DNA from: an uncultured Gammaproteobacteria bacterium
GTDB taxonomy: Bacteria > Patescibacteriota > Microgenomatia > Woykebacterales > RBG-16-39-9b
Assembly: GCA_965231125.1 (NCBI GenBank)
Contig: OZ246414.1
Coordinates: 643,924-707,923, forward strand
DNA: 64,000 bases
Direction: 5' to 3'
How positions within the stretch are numbered: the first letter of the stretch is position 1; each line of letters begins with the position of its first letter. A model generated the notes under the pieces. It was not told where the DNA came from. It was given only the letters and a program-made list of their open reading frames with translations, and made no database searches. A program made the translations under genes and the position numbers. This document shows, in pieces, positions 50,976 to 60,214 of the stretch.

Positions 50976-52994
50976 ATGATAAACAAAAAACTTAGTAAGA
51001 ATTTATTAGCAGTAGTTTCAGCTTTATTAATCACTCTTGGCCCCTCGTCAATGACCGCCAGCGTAGTTTACGCTGCTCCTGCATTGCCTTCTGCACCAAG
51101 CACACCAACCAGCCCAGAGCTACCAACAGTGGAGACGGCAACACCAGACCAACCGTCTTTACCATCTTCCACAGACAGTAGCAGTTCTGGAACACAGTCC
51201 ACCCCAGACAATACCCAAACAATCGACCCTTCGGTAGACGCGGGGGATCAAACTGGAGAAGTGGGTACACCCCAAAATACATCGCTGCAAAGTGTAGATC
51301 CGTCAAGCGAGTCAACCAGTTTGGATAGCCTAGCTGGAAATGATACCACCGGCGCCGGTTCAGATAACAGCGCTAGCTCTAACACCAACTCTTCTTCAGA
51401 TCTAACCATCAACAATAACTTCTCGGGGGATAGCACTGTCTACGCCAACGCAAACACAGGGGACAATACATCTGATAAAAACACTGGGGACGGTCAAATT
51501 ATATCTGGAGACTCCGACTTAGTACTAACCGCTCTTAATGTTGATAACAATGTGAATGTCGGCACTCAAGTATTCAATGTTTACGATGATCAAACTGGTG
51601 ATTTGTTAGTTAACTATAATAATGTAAAGCCAATTTCCAACTCACCAAGCTGTGGTAACAATACTTCCTCAAACCAAACAACCGGTAGTTATTCAAGCAA
51701 CGACGCTTCAACCACCTGTACAGATCAAAACACTCTCTTAATAGATAATAATGGAAACTTGGTAAATAACTACTACTTAAGCGCAAACACAGGGGACAAT
51801 TCCGCCAGTAAAAATACTGGTAACGGCTCCGTAACAACAGGTGACGCAAATGTCGCTCTTAACGTGATTAACTTCTTAAACAATACTTTCTTAGGTGGAG
51901 CAGGGCAGTTGCTTTTGGGAGTGGTAAATGTTTTTGGAAAACTTTCAGGTAATATTGTTTTAAATATGCCTAGTGGTGGAAGCACCGCCAGTCTTGGATC
52001 TAACTCGTCCACTGCAGCTAACAACAAAACTGGTTCCGGTTCAGATAATAGCGCTTCCACTACGACTAGCAACACTAGCGATCTTTCCTTAAATAATAAT
52101 CTGAACTTAGCGAATAACATTAAACTTTTTGGTGACACGGGCGGCAACGATTCTGGAGAAAACACTGGTTCCGGGTCAACTTCTACTGGAGATGTCAATT
52201 CTAATTTGAAGGTTACAAATATCGGTAATACCAATGGCATTGGGGATGGAGGCACTTTGTGGTTAGTCCTGGTAAATAACTTAGGAAAATGGACCGGTCA
52301 GGTGTGGGGTTTTGATAGCACTGGTACAGCTTCACCTTTCTTCACTTTTTCAATTGGTACTGATGGGTCTCTTAATGCCGGGACGGGTGCTGGATCAAAA
52401 AACAGCTCTTCCAACACAACAACAAATTCTACAAGCGCCACCCTAAACAATAACGCAAATGTGAAGAACAATATATATATAAACGCCAACACTGGTGGCA
52501 ATAGCGCCGAGGAAAACACTGGCAATGGGACAATAAAAACAGGGGATGTAAACGTTGCCGCTAATATCTTGAACATGATTAATAACAACTTCATTGGAAC
52601 GCGTTTTGTTGTTACCATCGTCAATGTGTTTGGTAGTTTCCTAGGCAACGTTTTCCCAGGCGGCAGCGCCCAAGAGCAAAAAGCGATTAAGATCGGTGCG
52701 GGGACTTCGGTCGCCATCGAAGCCGGCGGTGTTGTTCGAACCACCACCAGCGTTCCACCAACAACTGGCTTTGTTTCACCTAGTCAAGAGGTCAAATCAG
52801 AATCCAAGGCAGGCAGTGGAGCCCTCGTTTCTGACTTGACTAGTCTCGCCACAAATAGTAGTGTAAACTCAATAACAAAAGTTGTCGGTAAAGACTCACC
52901 ATCACTAAAAGATTACTGGTGGGTAATTGTACCTTTATTAATATCTGCCGCATCAATAACTGCCAGAAAGAGGTTTGTATGGAAAAGTCGCTAA
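50976..52994 (+). CDS. Secreted repeat protein B with C-terminal TM anchor
   Basis: Signal peptide (VYA), P/S/T linker, four NTG(D/G)N..(K/E)NTG repeats, YWWVIVPLLISAASITARKR tail. Confidence 0.85.
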   Translation: MINKKLSKNLLAVVSALLITLGPSSMTASVVYAAPALPSAPSTPTSPELPTVETATPDQPSLPSSTDSSSSGTQSTPDNTQTIDPSVDAGDQTGEVGTPQNTSLQSVDPSSESTSLDSLAGNDTTGAGSDNSASSNTNSSSDLTINNNFSGDSTVYANANTGDNTSDKNTGDGQIISGDSDLVLTALNVDNNVNVGTQVFNVYDDQTGDLLVNYNNVKPISNSPSCGNNTSSNQTTGSYSSNDASTTCTDQNTLLIDNNGNLVNNYYLSANTGDNSASKNTGNGSVTTGDANVALNVINFLNNTFLGGAGQLLLGVVNVFGKLSGNIVLNMPSGGSTASLGSNSSTAANNKTGSGSDNSASTTTSNTSDLSLNNNLNLANNIKLFGDTGGNDSGENTGSGSTSTGDVNSNLKVTNIGNTNGIGDGGTLWLVLVNNLGKWTGQVWGFDSTGTASPFFTFSIGTDGSLNAGTGAGSKNSSSNTTTNSTSATLNNNANVKNNIYINANTGGNSAEENTGNGTIKTGDVNVAANILNMINNNFIGTRFVVTIVNVFGSFLGNVFPGGSAQEQKAIKIGAGTSVAIEAGGVVRTTTSVPPTTGFVSPSQEVKSESKAGSGALVSDLTSLATNSSVNSITKVVGKDSPSLKDYWWVIVPLLISAASITARKRFVWKSR

Positions 52995-53803
52995 AGGACC
53001 TGGCCATAAAATTTAGCATTGCTGCCGCCGCTTTTGGAGCATCATTAATAATCGCTCCAAACGCTTTTGCTGCCACTGCCGACAATTCTAACACTGGAGC
53101 TGACTCAACCAACACGTCGTCGGTAGATGTCAGTAATAGTGTAAACATAGTTTCGGAGAACAACGCGTACATTAGTAATAATATTAGTATTAACGCAAAC
53201 ACTGGAGGCAACAGTGCTGATAAGAACACTGGGGACGGCAGCGTTACAACTGGCGATATAAATGGTAGTGTAACCATTATTAACGATGTAAATTCAAACA
53301 GTTTGAACACTTCGAAATTCCACTGCAGTGGTGTTTGCAAGTTCTCAGCAAATGTAAATGCTTCAAACAGCCACACTGGGGCAGACTCTGAAAATAACGC
53401 TTCAGTAAGTGTGGATAACGACGTGACGATTACTCAAACCAACGAGCAGGCTATTTCCAACTCTGTCGGTGCGGACCTTAACACTGGAGAAAATTCCGCT
53501 GACAAGAACACCGGTGACGGCAGCGTAAGAACAGGCGATATAAAATTCACGGTGAAAGTAAAAAACAGCGGAAACACAAATGTTATTGGTGGCCCCCAAA
53601 ACCCACCCGTAACACCCTCAACACCGACCCCTTCAAAACCGGTGAAGAAACCGGAAGAAGGCCAAGTTTTGGCGGCGTCTAGATTACCAAACACTGGCGG
53701 GAAACTACCGATTATGCCCAGTTTGGCTCTCATTCTAGCAGGGTTAATGTTGAAGAGTTTGGAAGAAAAATTAAGAGCTCGGTTTCTTCCCGAAAGACAT
53801 TAA
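52979..53803 (+). CDS. Secreted repeat protein C with LPXTG-type sorting signal
   Basis: Signal peptide (AFA), two repeats, Pro-rich stalk, LPNTG (53684-53698) plus hydrophobic helix and basic tail. Confidence 0.85.
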   Translation: MEKSLKDLAIKFSIAAAAFGASLIIAPNAFAATADNSNTGADSTNTSSVDVSNSVNIVSENNAYISNNISINANTGGNSADKNTGDGSVTTGDINGSVTIINDVNSNSLNTSKFHCSGVCKFSANVNASNSHTGADSENNASVSVDNDVTITQTNEQAISNSVGADLNTGENSADKNTGDGSVRTGDIKFTVKVKNSGNTNVIGGPQNPPVTPSTPTPSKPVKKPEEGQVLAASRLPNTGGKLPIMPSLALILAGLMLKSLEEKLRARFLPERH

Positions 53804-53825
53804 TTAACTATTTTGACATTTGGCA

Positions 53826-53856
53826 GAAAGACCCCCGAGCAATCGGGGGTCTTTTC
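53826..53856. terminator. Bidirectional intrinsic terminator
   Basis: AAAGACCCCCGA-GCAA-TCGGGGGTCTTT. Confidence 0.85.
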
Positions 53857-53858
53857 GT

Positions 53859-54266
53859 TTAAACCCAGGCGGCGACAATAGCTCCCATTACTGCAATAGA
53901 AACCAGTTGGTTACCAGCATCAATTAGATAAAGCTTTAAGGGTTTACCGCTAAAAACATAGTTAACCCCCATGGTGGTGGCCACAAAACCAAGCCAGACC
54001 CAAAAGCCGGCGACAGCGCCTTCTTGATAAGTTTTGGCCCCGGCGTAATCGACTAAGTGAGAAAGAATATAAGCGGTGATTAAAGCCGCGATAAACGACA
54101 CGGCGTAACCGCGCATGGCGTCTGGGCCTTTAGCGTCTTCTGGCCTTTTTCCAGTTAATCCCATCCAGACTTTGCCAAAAAGTGGTCCGTACCAAATAAA
54201 TCCAACCACCATGCTGGCAACAGCTGCCACTAAAACCGCTAGATAATTAATAGTTACTGCAGGCAT
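53859..54266 (-). CDS. DUF1761 family membrane protein
   Basis: INYLAVLVAAVASMVVGFIWYGPLFGK.W, LYLIDAG. Confidence 0.9.
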   Translation of the reverse strand: MPAVTINYLAVLVAAVASMVVGFIWYGPLFGKVWMGLTGKRPEDAKGPDAMRGYAVSFIAALITAYILSHLVDYAGAKTYQEGAVAGFWVWLGFVATTMGVNYVFSGKPLKLYLIDAGNQLVSIAVMGAIVAAWV

Positions 54267-54385
54267 CGTAAAGTTTCACCCCCTTCCAAATATCACGAAA
54301 ATTCTATTCTCCGATAGCTAAATAGTCAATACACCCAAAAATTGACCTAGTTTGATATAATAACACTGCTCAATCAATTACCGTG

Positions 54386-54751
54386 ATGAATCGAAAGGAG
54401 AAAGGGTTGAACGGAGAAAATCTACTTCTCGCTAAGTGGGACGAAATAGCATCTGTCCTGAAAGCAGAAATCGATCCACATACCCGGGATATTAAGGTGC
54501 AGGAGGGAGACCTCGTTCTATAGATTTTCAGAGCAGGTGCGGCAAACAACAACTTATCCTTCTTACACATAAAGGAAGGCAGCCGGCCAGTTGGACCAAT
54601 GATCGAATACGGCCCTGTCCTAGATGTTGGATTTGAAAGAGACCATGAGGAAGACCCTGACGGGAACGTAGTAATCATCGAATTAGGACAGGAATTGATC
54701 TGGGATGTAGAGATCTACCGCGATACAAAAGTTACACTCAGCTCGCCCTAG
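54386..54751 (+). pseudogene. Hypothetical ORF interrupted by one in-frame TAG
   Basis: Frame open 54386-54751 except TAG at 54521; SD AAAGGAG; terminator at 54763-54810. Confidence 0.55.
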
Positions 54752-55105
54752 TAAAGATTGCTGCTGGCAGACCTTGGGTAAACCAAGTTTAGGCCAGCTT
54801 TTTTCTTTTTCAAGATTTTTATAACTTGAATCTAAAAACACCAATATTGATTGGTATCTCAACCTATTTTTGACACTTTACCTACAAAGTCCAGGGGCTA
54901 GGAGGCTAGCGATTTTCAACATTAATTGCCACTTTTGCCTTATCTAACAGTCTTTTTGGTAATTTTACGGAAGTAACTCCAGAAAAAATTTTTCCAATAA
55001 AGTGGAAAAAGAGAATAGCCCCAAACTAACTAAGGGAAAATAAAGTCTGCTTCAGGCAGGGGAAATAAAATTTTATAAATATATCCCGGTGGGGAGCCTA
55101 GTAAC

Positions 55106-55133
55106 ATGTCGCATAAGATACATTGTGCGACGT
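55106..55133. other. dif-like Xer recombination site
   Basis: 11-6-11 layout ATGTCGCATAA-GATACA-TTGTGCGACGT; reverse strand resembles E. coli dif (GGTGCGCATAA TGTATA TTATGTTAAAT). Confidence 0.7.
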
Positions 55134-55693
55134 AGTATTAAATTGAGTCTGGATCAGTAAGAACGAGAGAAGTGGCGTTAGGGAAAAGGAAAAAATTTGT
55201 CTTGTAGTTTATTTAAAACACTTTACACTTCTATAAGTAGTCGTCTTTTATTCAAAGTCGGCACCTGGGCTATTACAGGACGTCGTTTTTAGCTTTCTTA
55301 AGCGCAGAGCGCGAAGCGATCTTCAGTCCGAAGGGCGCAGATCGCAAAGCGATCTATTTTGCTTGTTACTACGATCAATATTTTAACTTTTACCCTTGAA
55401 ATATTTATAATTTGCTACCCATATAGACGTAAGAGGAAGTAGCACTCTACCAAGAGGTGCGTCAGCACCGAAAGTCTTTCGGGTTTTTTTGGATCGGGCG
55501 ATTAATTTAGTAATCTGTACTACACCCTATAGTTCAAACTTTCCACACATGAAAACTAACTATATCACACTACATCACTATCCAGCTCAGCAATAATTGC
55601 AATCCTCCAAAAAGGGGACTCGCCCGCCCCACTCCTCTACTCTAACTCGCCTGCCCGCTTTTTTTACTTTTGACTTTTGAATTTTTTAATTTG

Positions 55694-56470
55694 CTAACCT
55701 CTCCAACTAGTAGTTATAATTAAAAACAGGAAGACTGCCCCAGACACAAAAAGATACTCTAGCAATGTATTTCTTTTCAAATCATTCTTCATATCGTGCT
55801 GAAGAATGCCCAGCAGCACGTAAACTGCGGCAGTTAAAGCAAGACCCACCTTGGCTGGGTTTAGAGGCCAGAATGTAAATGCAAGAGCAATTTGCCCAAG
55901 AATAAATCCACAAACAACGGAACCAACAGTTATATGCGGGCTTGGTGTTTCTTCTAGCTCAATTTTCCAGAGAGCTTGGGTGAAAAGTAAAATACCCACT
56001 AACATTACGGTAGCTGCAAAAGCCCAGAAAGGAAGCCCCAAACCAGAAAGCAAGGAAAACATCGCAAAGGAAACAAATAACGTCCCCAAGTATGAAACCG
56101 TGTTAGCTGCCCGTATAAGCGGGATATTTCTTTCCGCCGAAACGTTGAATATATTTTCCGAAAGAAGAAGAATATACACTAATACACCGAAGATGATACT
56201 TAAAATTAAACGCACGGAATTTGACGGGTTAAATTGAAATATGAAAATGGCGAAACTGGCTGTTAAAAAGGTTGGTAAAATAAAAAGAGTTAAAAATTCA
56301 AAACCGGAAACGTCTTTGAAAATTGACCAGGCAGATAAAACATAGCTGGCTACTATGGCCCCCGACATAAGCCACAAGCGCATACTTTGATCCGCAAATG
56401 GAAAAAAATAGAGAGCGATGGACAGCAAAAAACTGGTGGTTACTATTTTTTGCCGTTTTGTTAAGAACAT
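55694..56470 (-). CDS. Polytopic membrane protein of unknown function
   Basis: About 8-9 TM segments; ENIFNVSAERNIPLIRAA. Confidence 0.8.
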   Translation of the reverse strand: MFLTKRQKIVTTSFLLSIALYFFPFADQSMRLWLMSGAIVASYVLSAWSIFKDVSGFEFLTLFILPTFLTASFAIFIFQFNPSNSVRLILSIIFGVLVYILLLSENIFNVSAERNIPLIRAANTVSYLGTLFVSFAMFSLLSGLGLPFWAFAATVMLVGILLFTQALWKIELEETPSPHITVGSVVCGFILGQIALAFTFWPLNPAKVGLALTAAVYVLLGILQHDMKNDLKRNTLLEYLFVSGAVFLFLIITTSWRG

Positions 56471-56481
56471 GGAAAGATATT

Positions 56482-57048
56482 TTAGCTCAAAAGCTTCTGC
56501 TTTGACAAGTGGCAGATAGCAACTGCGACGGCGTCATAAGCATCGTCGCGAAAGCGATTTACCTCTTTTCCTGATTGATCGGTCGGTTTACGAAGATTTG
56601 TAACCCCCAACAATCTTTTAACAGCATTCTGAACAGTCTTCTTATCACTTCTTCCGTGATTTGCTACTTCTAGCTTAACTTCTAAACCCGTATATTCGTA
56701 AAAATCCACCTTCGCTTCCGCCGCCGCTAACATTACTACCCCTCTCGCCTGCCCCACCGCCATTGCCGTTCTGGCATTTATGCCGAAGAAAAGTCTTTCC
56801 GCAATTAAAGCTTCTGGTTGGTATTTACGCAAAACTTTTGCTAGCTCTTTTCTAAGCCGCAGAAGTCTATTAGGCATTTCCTCTTCTGGTTCGGTTAAAA
56901 TACAACCAAACTCAACTAACTTTAGCCCATTAATTTTTTTCTTGCCGTTTAACTTAAGAGTTTTTAATTTTCCCTTTTGACTTTGGTGCTCCACTACTCC
57001 CCATCCGGTCGTAGCCGTACCTGGATCAATACCAATAATTCTTGACAT
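56482..57048 (-). CDS. ruvC: Holliday junction resolvase
   Basis: IIGIDPGTATTGWG, ERLFF, VGQARGV, DDAYDAVAVAICH. Confidence 0.95.
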   Translation of the reverse strand: MSRIIGIDPGTATTGWGVVEHQSQKGKLKTLKLNGKKKINGLKLVEFGCILTEPEEEMPNRLLRLRKELAKVLRKYQPEALIAERLFFGINARTAMAVGQARGVVMLAAAEAKVDFYEYTGLEVKLEVANHGRSDKKTVQNAVKRLLGVTNLRKPTDQSGKEVNRFRDDAYDAVAVAICHLSKQKLLS

Positions 57049-57111
57049 ACTTTTTAGTCTCCTTTTAGATATCTAAGTCAAAATTACGTCGAGCAAGGTT
57101 CGCCATAATTA

Positions 57112-57864
57112 TCATGTCGTCTCCTTTTGCAGTATTTCGTCGGAAATGTCATAGTTTGAGTAAACTTTCTGGACATCTTGCAGCTGATCCAATTTATTTA
57201 CCAGACTTAAAACTTTTTCCGCTTTTTCTGAATCTTCAACTTTTACTAGATCTTTAGGTTTCATTGAAAGTTCGGATCCAGAGACGGCAAAACCGGCATC
57301 CTCTAATCCTTTTTTAACTTTTTCAAGGTCTCCTGGTCGGCAATAAATGGCGGCTACCGGCTCCTCCACCTCAACATCATCGGCACCGGCATCTGCCGCG
57401 GCCAAAAGTAGTTCGTCCGCATTGGTAACTTTCTCAACATCAATTTCTCCGGTTGGGGTAAAAAGATACGAAACACTCCCCAACCCTCCAAGCGAACCTC
57501 CACCTTTCTCAAAAGTGCTTCTTACTTCTTGAGCGGTTCGTAATTTGTTGTCGGTTAAGGCTTCTACAATTATCGAAACTCCGGCTGGCCCAAAGCCTTC
57601 GTAAACCGCTTCTTCGATTGCCACTTGATTACCACCCTTCCCTACTCCCTTATCTATCGCCCGCTGGATATTTTCTTTGGGCATATTGATACGCTTTGCG
57701 CTCTCCACAGCGAGACGGAGTTTGAAATTTGTCTCTGGGCTCTCACCGCTCTCACGGGCCGCGATTGTGATGGCGGCGGCCGCTTTAGCAAACGCCTGCC
57801 CCCGCTTCGCATCTGCGACCCCCTTTTGCCTTTTTATAGTCGACCACTTACTGTGCCCAGACAT
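57112..57864 (-). CDS. yebC: YebC/PmpR family protein
   Basis: MSGHSKWSTIKRQKG, YEGFGP.G, TDNK.RT, DVQKVYSN. Confidence 0.96.
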   Translation of the reverse strand: MSGHSKWSTIKRQKGVADAKRGQAFAKAAAAITIAARESGESPETNFKLRLAVESAKRINMPKENIQRAIDKGVGKGGNQVAIEEAVYEGFGPAGVSIIVEALTDNKLRTAQEVRSTFEKGGGSLGGLGSVSYLFTPTGEIDVEKVTNADELLLAAADAGADDVEVEEPVAAIYCRPGDLEKVKKGLEDAGFAVSGSELSMKPKDLVKVEDSEKAEKVLSLVNKLDQLQDVQKVYSNYDISDEILQKETT

Positions 57865-58014
57865 TTACAACCACCTCTTTGAATATACCGACATACTAAG
57901 ATTTTACCATAAAAAGTCCTAGAAAAATTAAATTTGTCAATGTAGCCAAGTCTGCCAGTATTTTTGTCAAGACTTGACACTTCTTCTCCTCTAGCTTTAT
58001 TCTTATGTGAAACT

Positions 58015-58884
58015 ATGTCTGACGCGCAGTTGGATCCGAAAACTCAAGAAGCAATTGATGCCGCCCTAACCCAAGATTGGGAAAAGGCAGTGGAGCTGAA
58101 CACTAGCCTCGTAAAAAATTATCCAGATGATGTTGACTGTCTAAACCGTCTTGCCCACGCTTATACGGAACTCGGTCAAATTAACAAATCCCGTGCCAGT
58201 TATAAACAAGTTTTAAAAATCGACCCTTACAACAATATATCTACTAAAAATCTGGCCAAACTTGCCAGTGTAAGAAAGAAGGATCTGAAGGTTGCCGTAC
58301 CGGCGGAAAACACCAGAACAGAAATTGTGAGCCCAGATGTCTTTCTCGAAGAAGCCGGTAAAACTAAGGTTCTGGCTCTAGTTGACATTGCCATGCCGAA
58401 AGTTCTGGCCGCAATTCGCATCGGCGGCCAATTAACTTTAGAACCACGCCACGACGATGTAGTCGTCCTGACTCAGGATGAAAAACGTTTGGGAAAAGTG
58501 GAAGCCTATTGGGCCAGTATCCTTGCTAAGTCTTTACGAGCCGGCAGCGAGTTTAGTGCGGTTGTAAAATCCGTGGGGATAAAAGGCAGTTCGGCTGATT
58601 CTTCGATTTCAATTTTTGTGAGAGAAACCGTCCGCTCGCCTAAAATAAAAGAAAATATTTTTCCGGTGTTGGCGAATAATTTCACCCCCTACGTGCGCGA
58701 AGAGACTTTAGGGTTTTTGGCGGATAATAATCATGCTGAAGAACCCGAAGAACATTTAGATTCTAGCCAAGATTCGGCTGCTAGTTCTGGCTTTAAGGAT
58801 ACCAACCCCGAGCAGCCCCAAACAAGTTCTTTAGAGACTCTTGCCGAGCAAGAATCCGCCGACCCCGGCTACGAAGACGAGTAA
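58015..58884 (+). CDS. TPR-containing protein with acidic tail
   Basis: AIDAAL..DWEKA, LNRLAHAY.ELG, Y..VLKIDPYN. Confidence 0.82.
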   Translation: MSDAQLDPKTQEAIDAALTQDWEKAVELNTSLVKNYPDDVDCLNRLAHAYTELGQINKSRASYKQVLKIDPYNNISTKNLAKLASVRKKDLKVAVPAENTRTEIVSPDVFLEEAGKTKVLALVDIAMPKVLAAIRIGGQLTLEPRHDDVVVLTQDEKRLGKVEAYWASILAKSLRAGSEFSAVVKSVGIKGSSADSSISIFVRETVRSPKIKENIFPVLANNFTPYVREETLGFLADNNHAEEPEEHLDSSQDSAASSGFKDTNPEQPQTSSLETLAEQESADPGYEDE

Positions 58885-58892
58885 CTCGTAAG

Positions 58893-59144
58893 TTATTTTT
58901 TGTAGACGCTTTGGCGGTGGATAATTGATACGATATAAATTTTCTTTTTGTCTACGGTAAATGTAATCCTGTAAGGCCAAGCCCTAACCGCGAATAAACC
59001 TTCAAACTCACCACGAAGTTTTTTGGAAAAAACGAATGGGTCGGTTTTTAGTCTTTCAAAAATACGATTGATTTTACTTTTATCTGAGAAAGATAGTTTT
59101 TCGTACTGGCGAGAGGCTTGCTTGGTTAAGAAAAGTCTGAACAT
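58893..59144 (-). CDS. RelE/ParE family toxin
   Basis: KKLRGEFEGLFAVRAWPYRI, I.HRQSVYK. Confidence 0.88.
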   Translation of the reverse strand: MFRLFLTKQASRQYEKLSFSDKSKINRIFERLKTDPFVFSKKLRGEFEGLFAVRAWPYRITFTVDKKKIYIVSIIHRQSVYKK

Positions 59145-59405
59145 TTATTCTTTGGCGCTTTTCCATTCCACTACCTCACCCTTTTTTAAATCCAAAAGTC
59201 CTTTTCGAATAGACTTTACTTCTTCATTATTCTCTAAAATATTCAAAGTCTCTTCCCAACCCTCTAATTCATCGATGCTAATTAGAGCCACTTTAGACTT
59301 GCCCTTTTTAGTAATTATCACTCGCCTATTGGTTTCTTCAACTTCATCAATAAGCTGTGTAAGTTTTGCCCTCGCTTCAGTAGCGGGAATAGTATTAGTA
59401 GACAT
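59145..59405 (-). CDS. Phd/YefM family antitoxin
   Basis: ATEARAKLTQLID.V, IITKKGK..VALIS, WEETLNIL. Confidence 0.9.
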   Translation of the reverse strand: MSTNTIPATEARAKLTQLIDEVEETNRRVIITKKGKSKVALISIDELEGWEETLNILENNEEVKSIRKGLLDLKKGEVVEWKSAKE

Positions 59406-59524
59406 ACACCAAACTTTACAGAAAAATGTAAAAAATGTCAATATCCTAAGCTCATCCTAATCTAAGTTGAAGGATTAGTTAAAGAATTTGCTTGCAGTGC
59501 TTGCTTTGGGTTTAGCGAAGAGAA

Positions 59525-60187
59525 CTAGTTGAACTTGAAGGTCGAAAGCATTAAATTAAGTATGTGAAGTATGGTAGTTTTATCAGAGGGATTTCCTCCC
59601 CAAGTTGGGACAAAAAAGTAAACATTATCACCTTTCTTAAGCACTACAGCTATTTCTTCTGAAATGTTACCTTCAGCAACCGAGGTTGCTCTTAGTGCCT
59701 CGACACCATCTATTTTAATTGTGGACTTGGATTGAAAAATAGTCCCTGATGGCATGTAAACGTTTTTCAATTCCTCATCTAAAGTACCACCAGAGGCTTT
59801 TCTTACATTTATTGATATATCTTTATATATTACGCGACCACGAGTGAAATAAAGATTATTATCTGAAGATACAAATGTAACCCCACCTTTAGCTGTCCCA
59901 CTACTATTCTTGGGATATTCTTTGACACCAAAATATTTGGGATATTTTACAGAAAATCCAAGCTTAGAGTTTGTAAATGTTTTCCAATCTGCAGTTTCGT
60001 CTTTAGGTGTGGTATTAGTTGTTGCAGTCGGTTCGGCAGTTGATGTTTGGCTTTGGACATACCAGTAAATACCGCCCCCAATAATTGTAACTGCAACTAG
60101 AATAGTGATAACAACACCAATTATCTTTTTCCAATTAATCCCGGAGGTAGTTGCGGGTGCGTTTGATTGCGGTGCGTCTTCAGGCAT
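59525..60187 (-). CDS. Single-TM PsbP-like surface protein
   Basis: TM, KDETADWKTFTN..GFSVKYP, LMLSTFKF. Confidence 0.75.
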   Translation of the reverse strand: MPEDAPQSNAPATTSGINWKKIIGVVITILVAVTIIGGGIYWYVQSQTSTAEPTATTNTTPKDETADWKTFTNSKLGFSVKYPKYFGVKEYPKNSSGTAKGGVTFVSSDNNLYFTRGRVIYKDISINVRKASGGTLDEELKNVYMPSGTIFQSKSTIKIDGVEALRATSVAEGNISEEIAVVLKKGDNVYFFVPTWGGNPSDKTTILHILNLMLSTFKFN

Positions 60188-60214
60188 AAGTTAATTATAC
60201 GCTAACCCATTTTT

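Noticed and set aside
49754-53733. Long antisense ORFs over the repeat genes, and similar shadows over gyrA, copA and clp
   Set aside because: Shadow frames caused by codon bias on the coding strand
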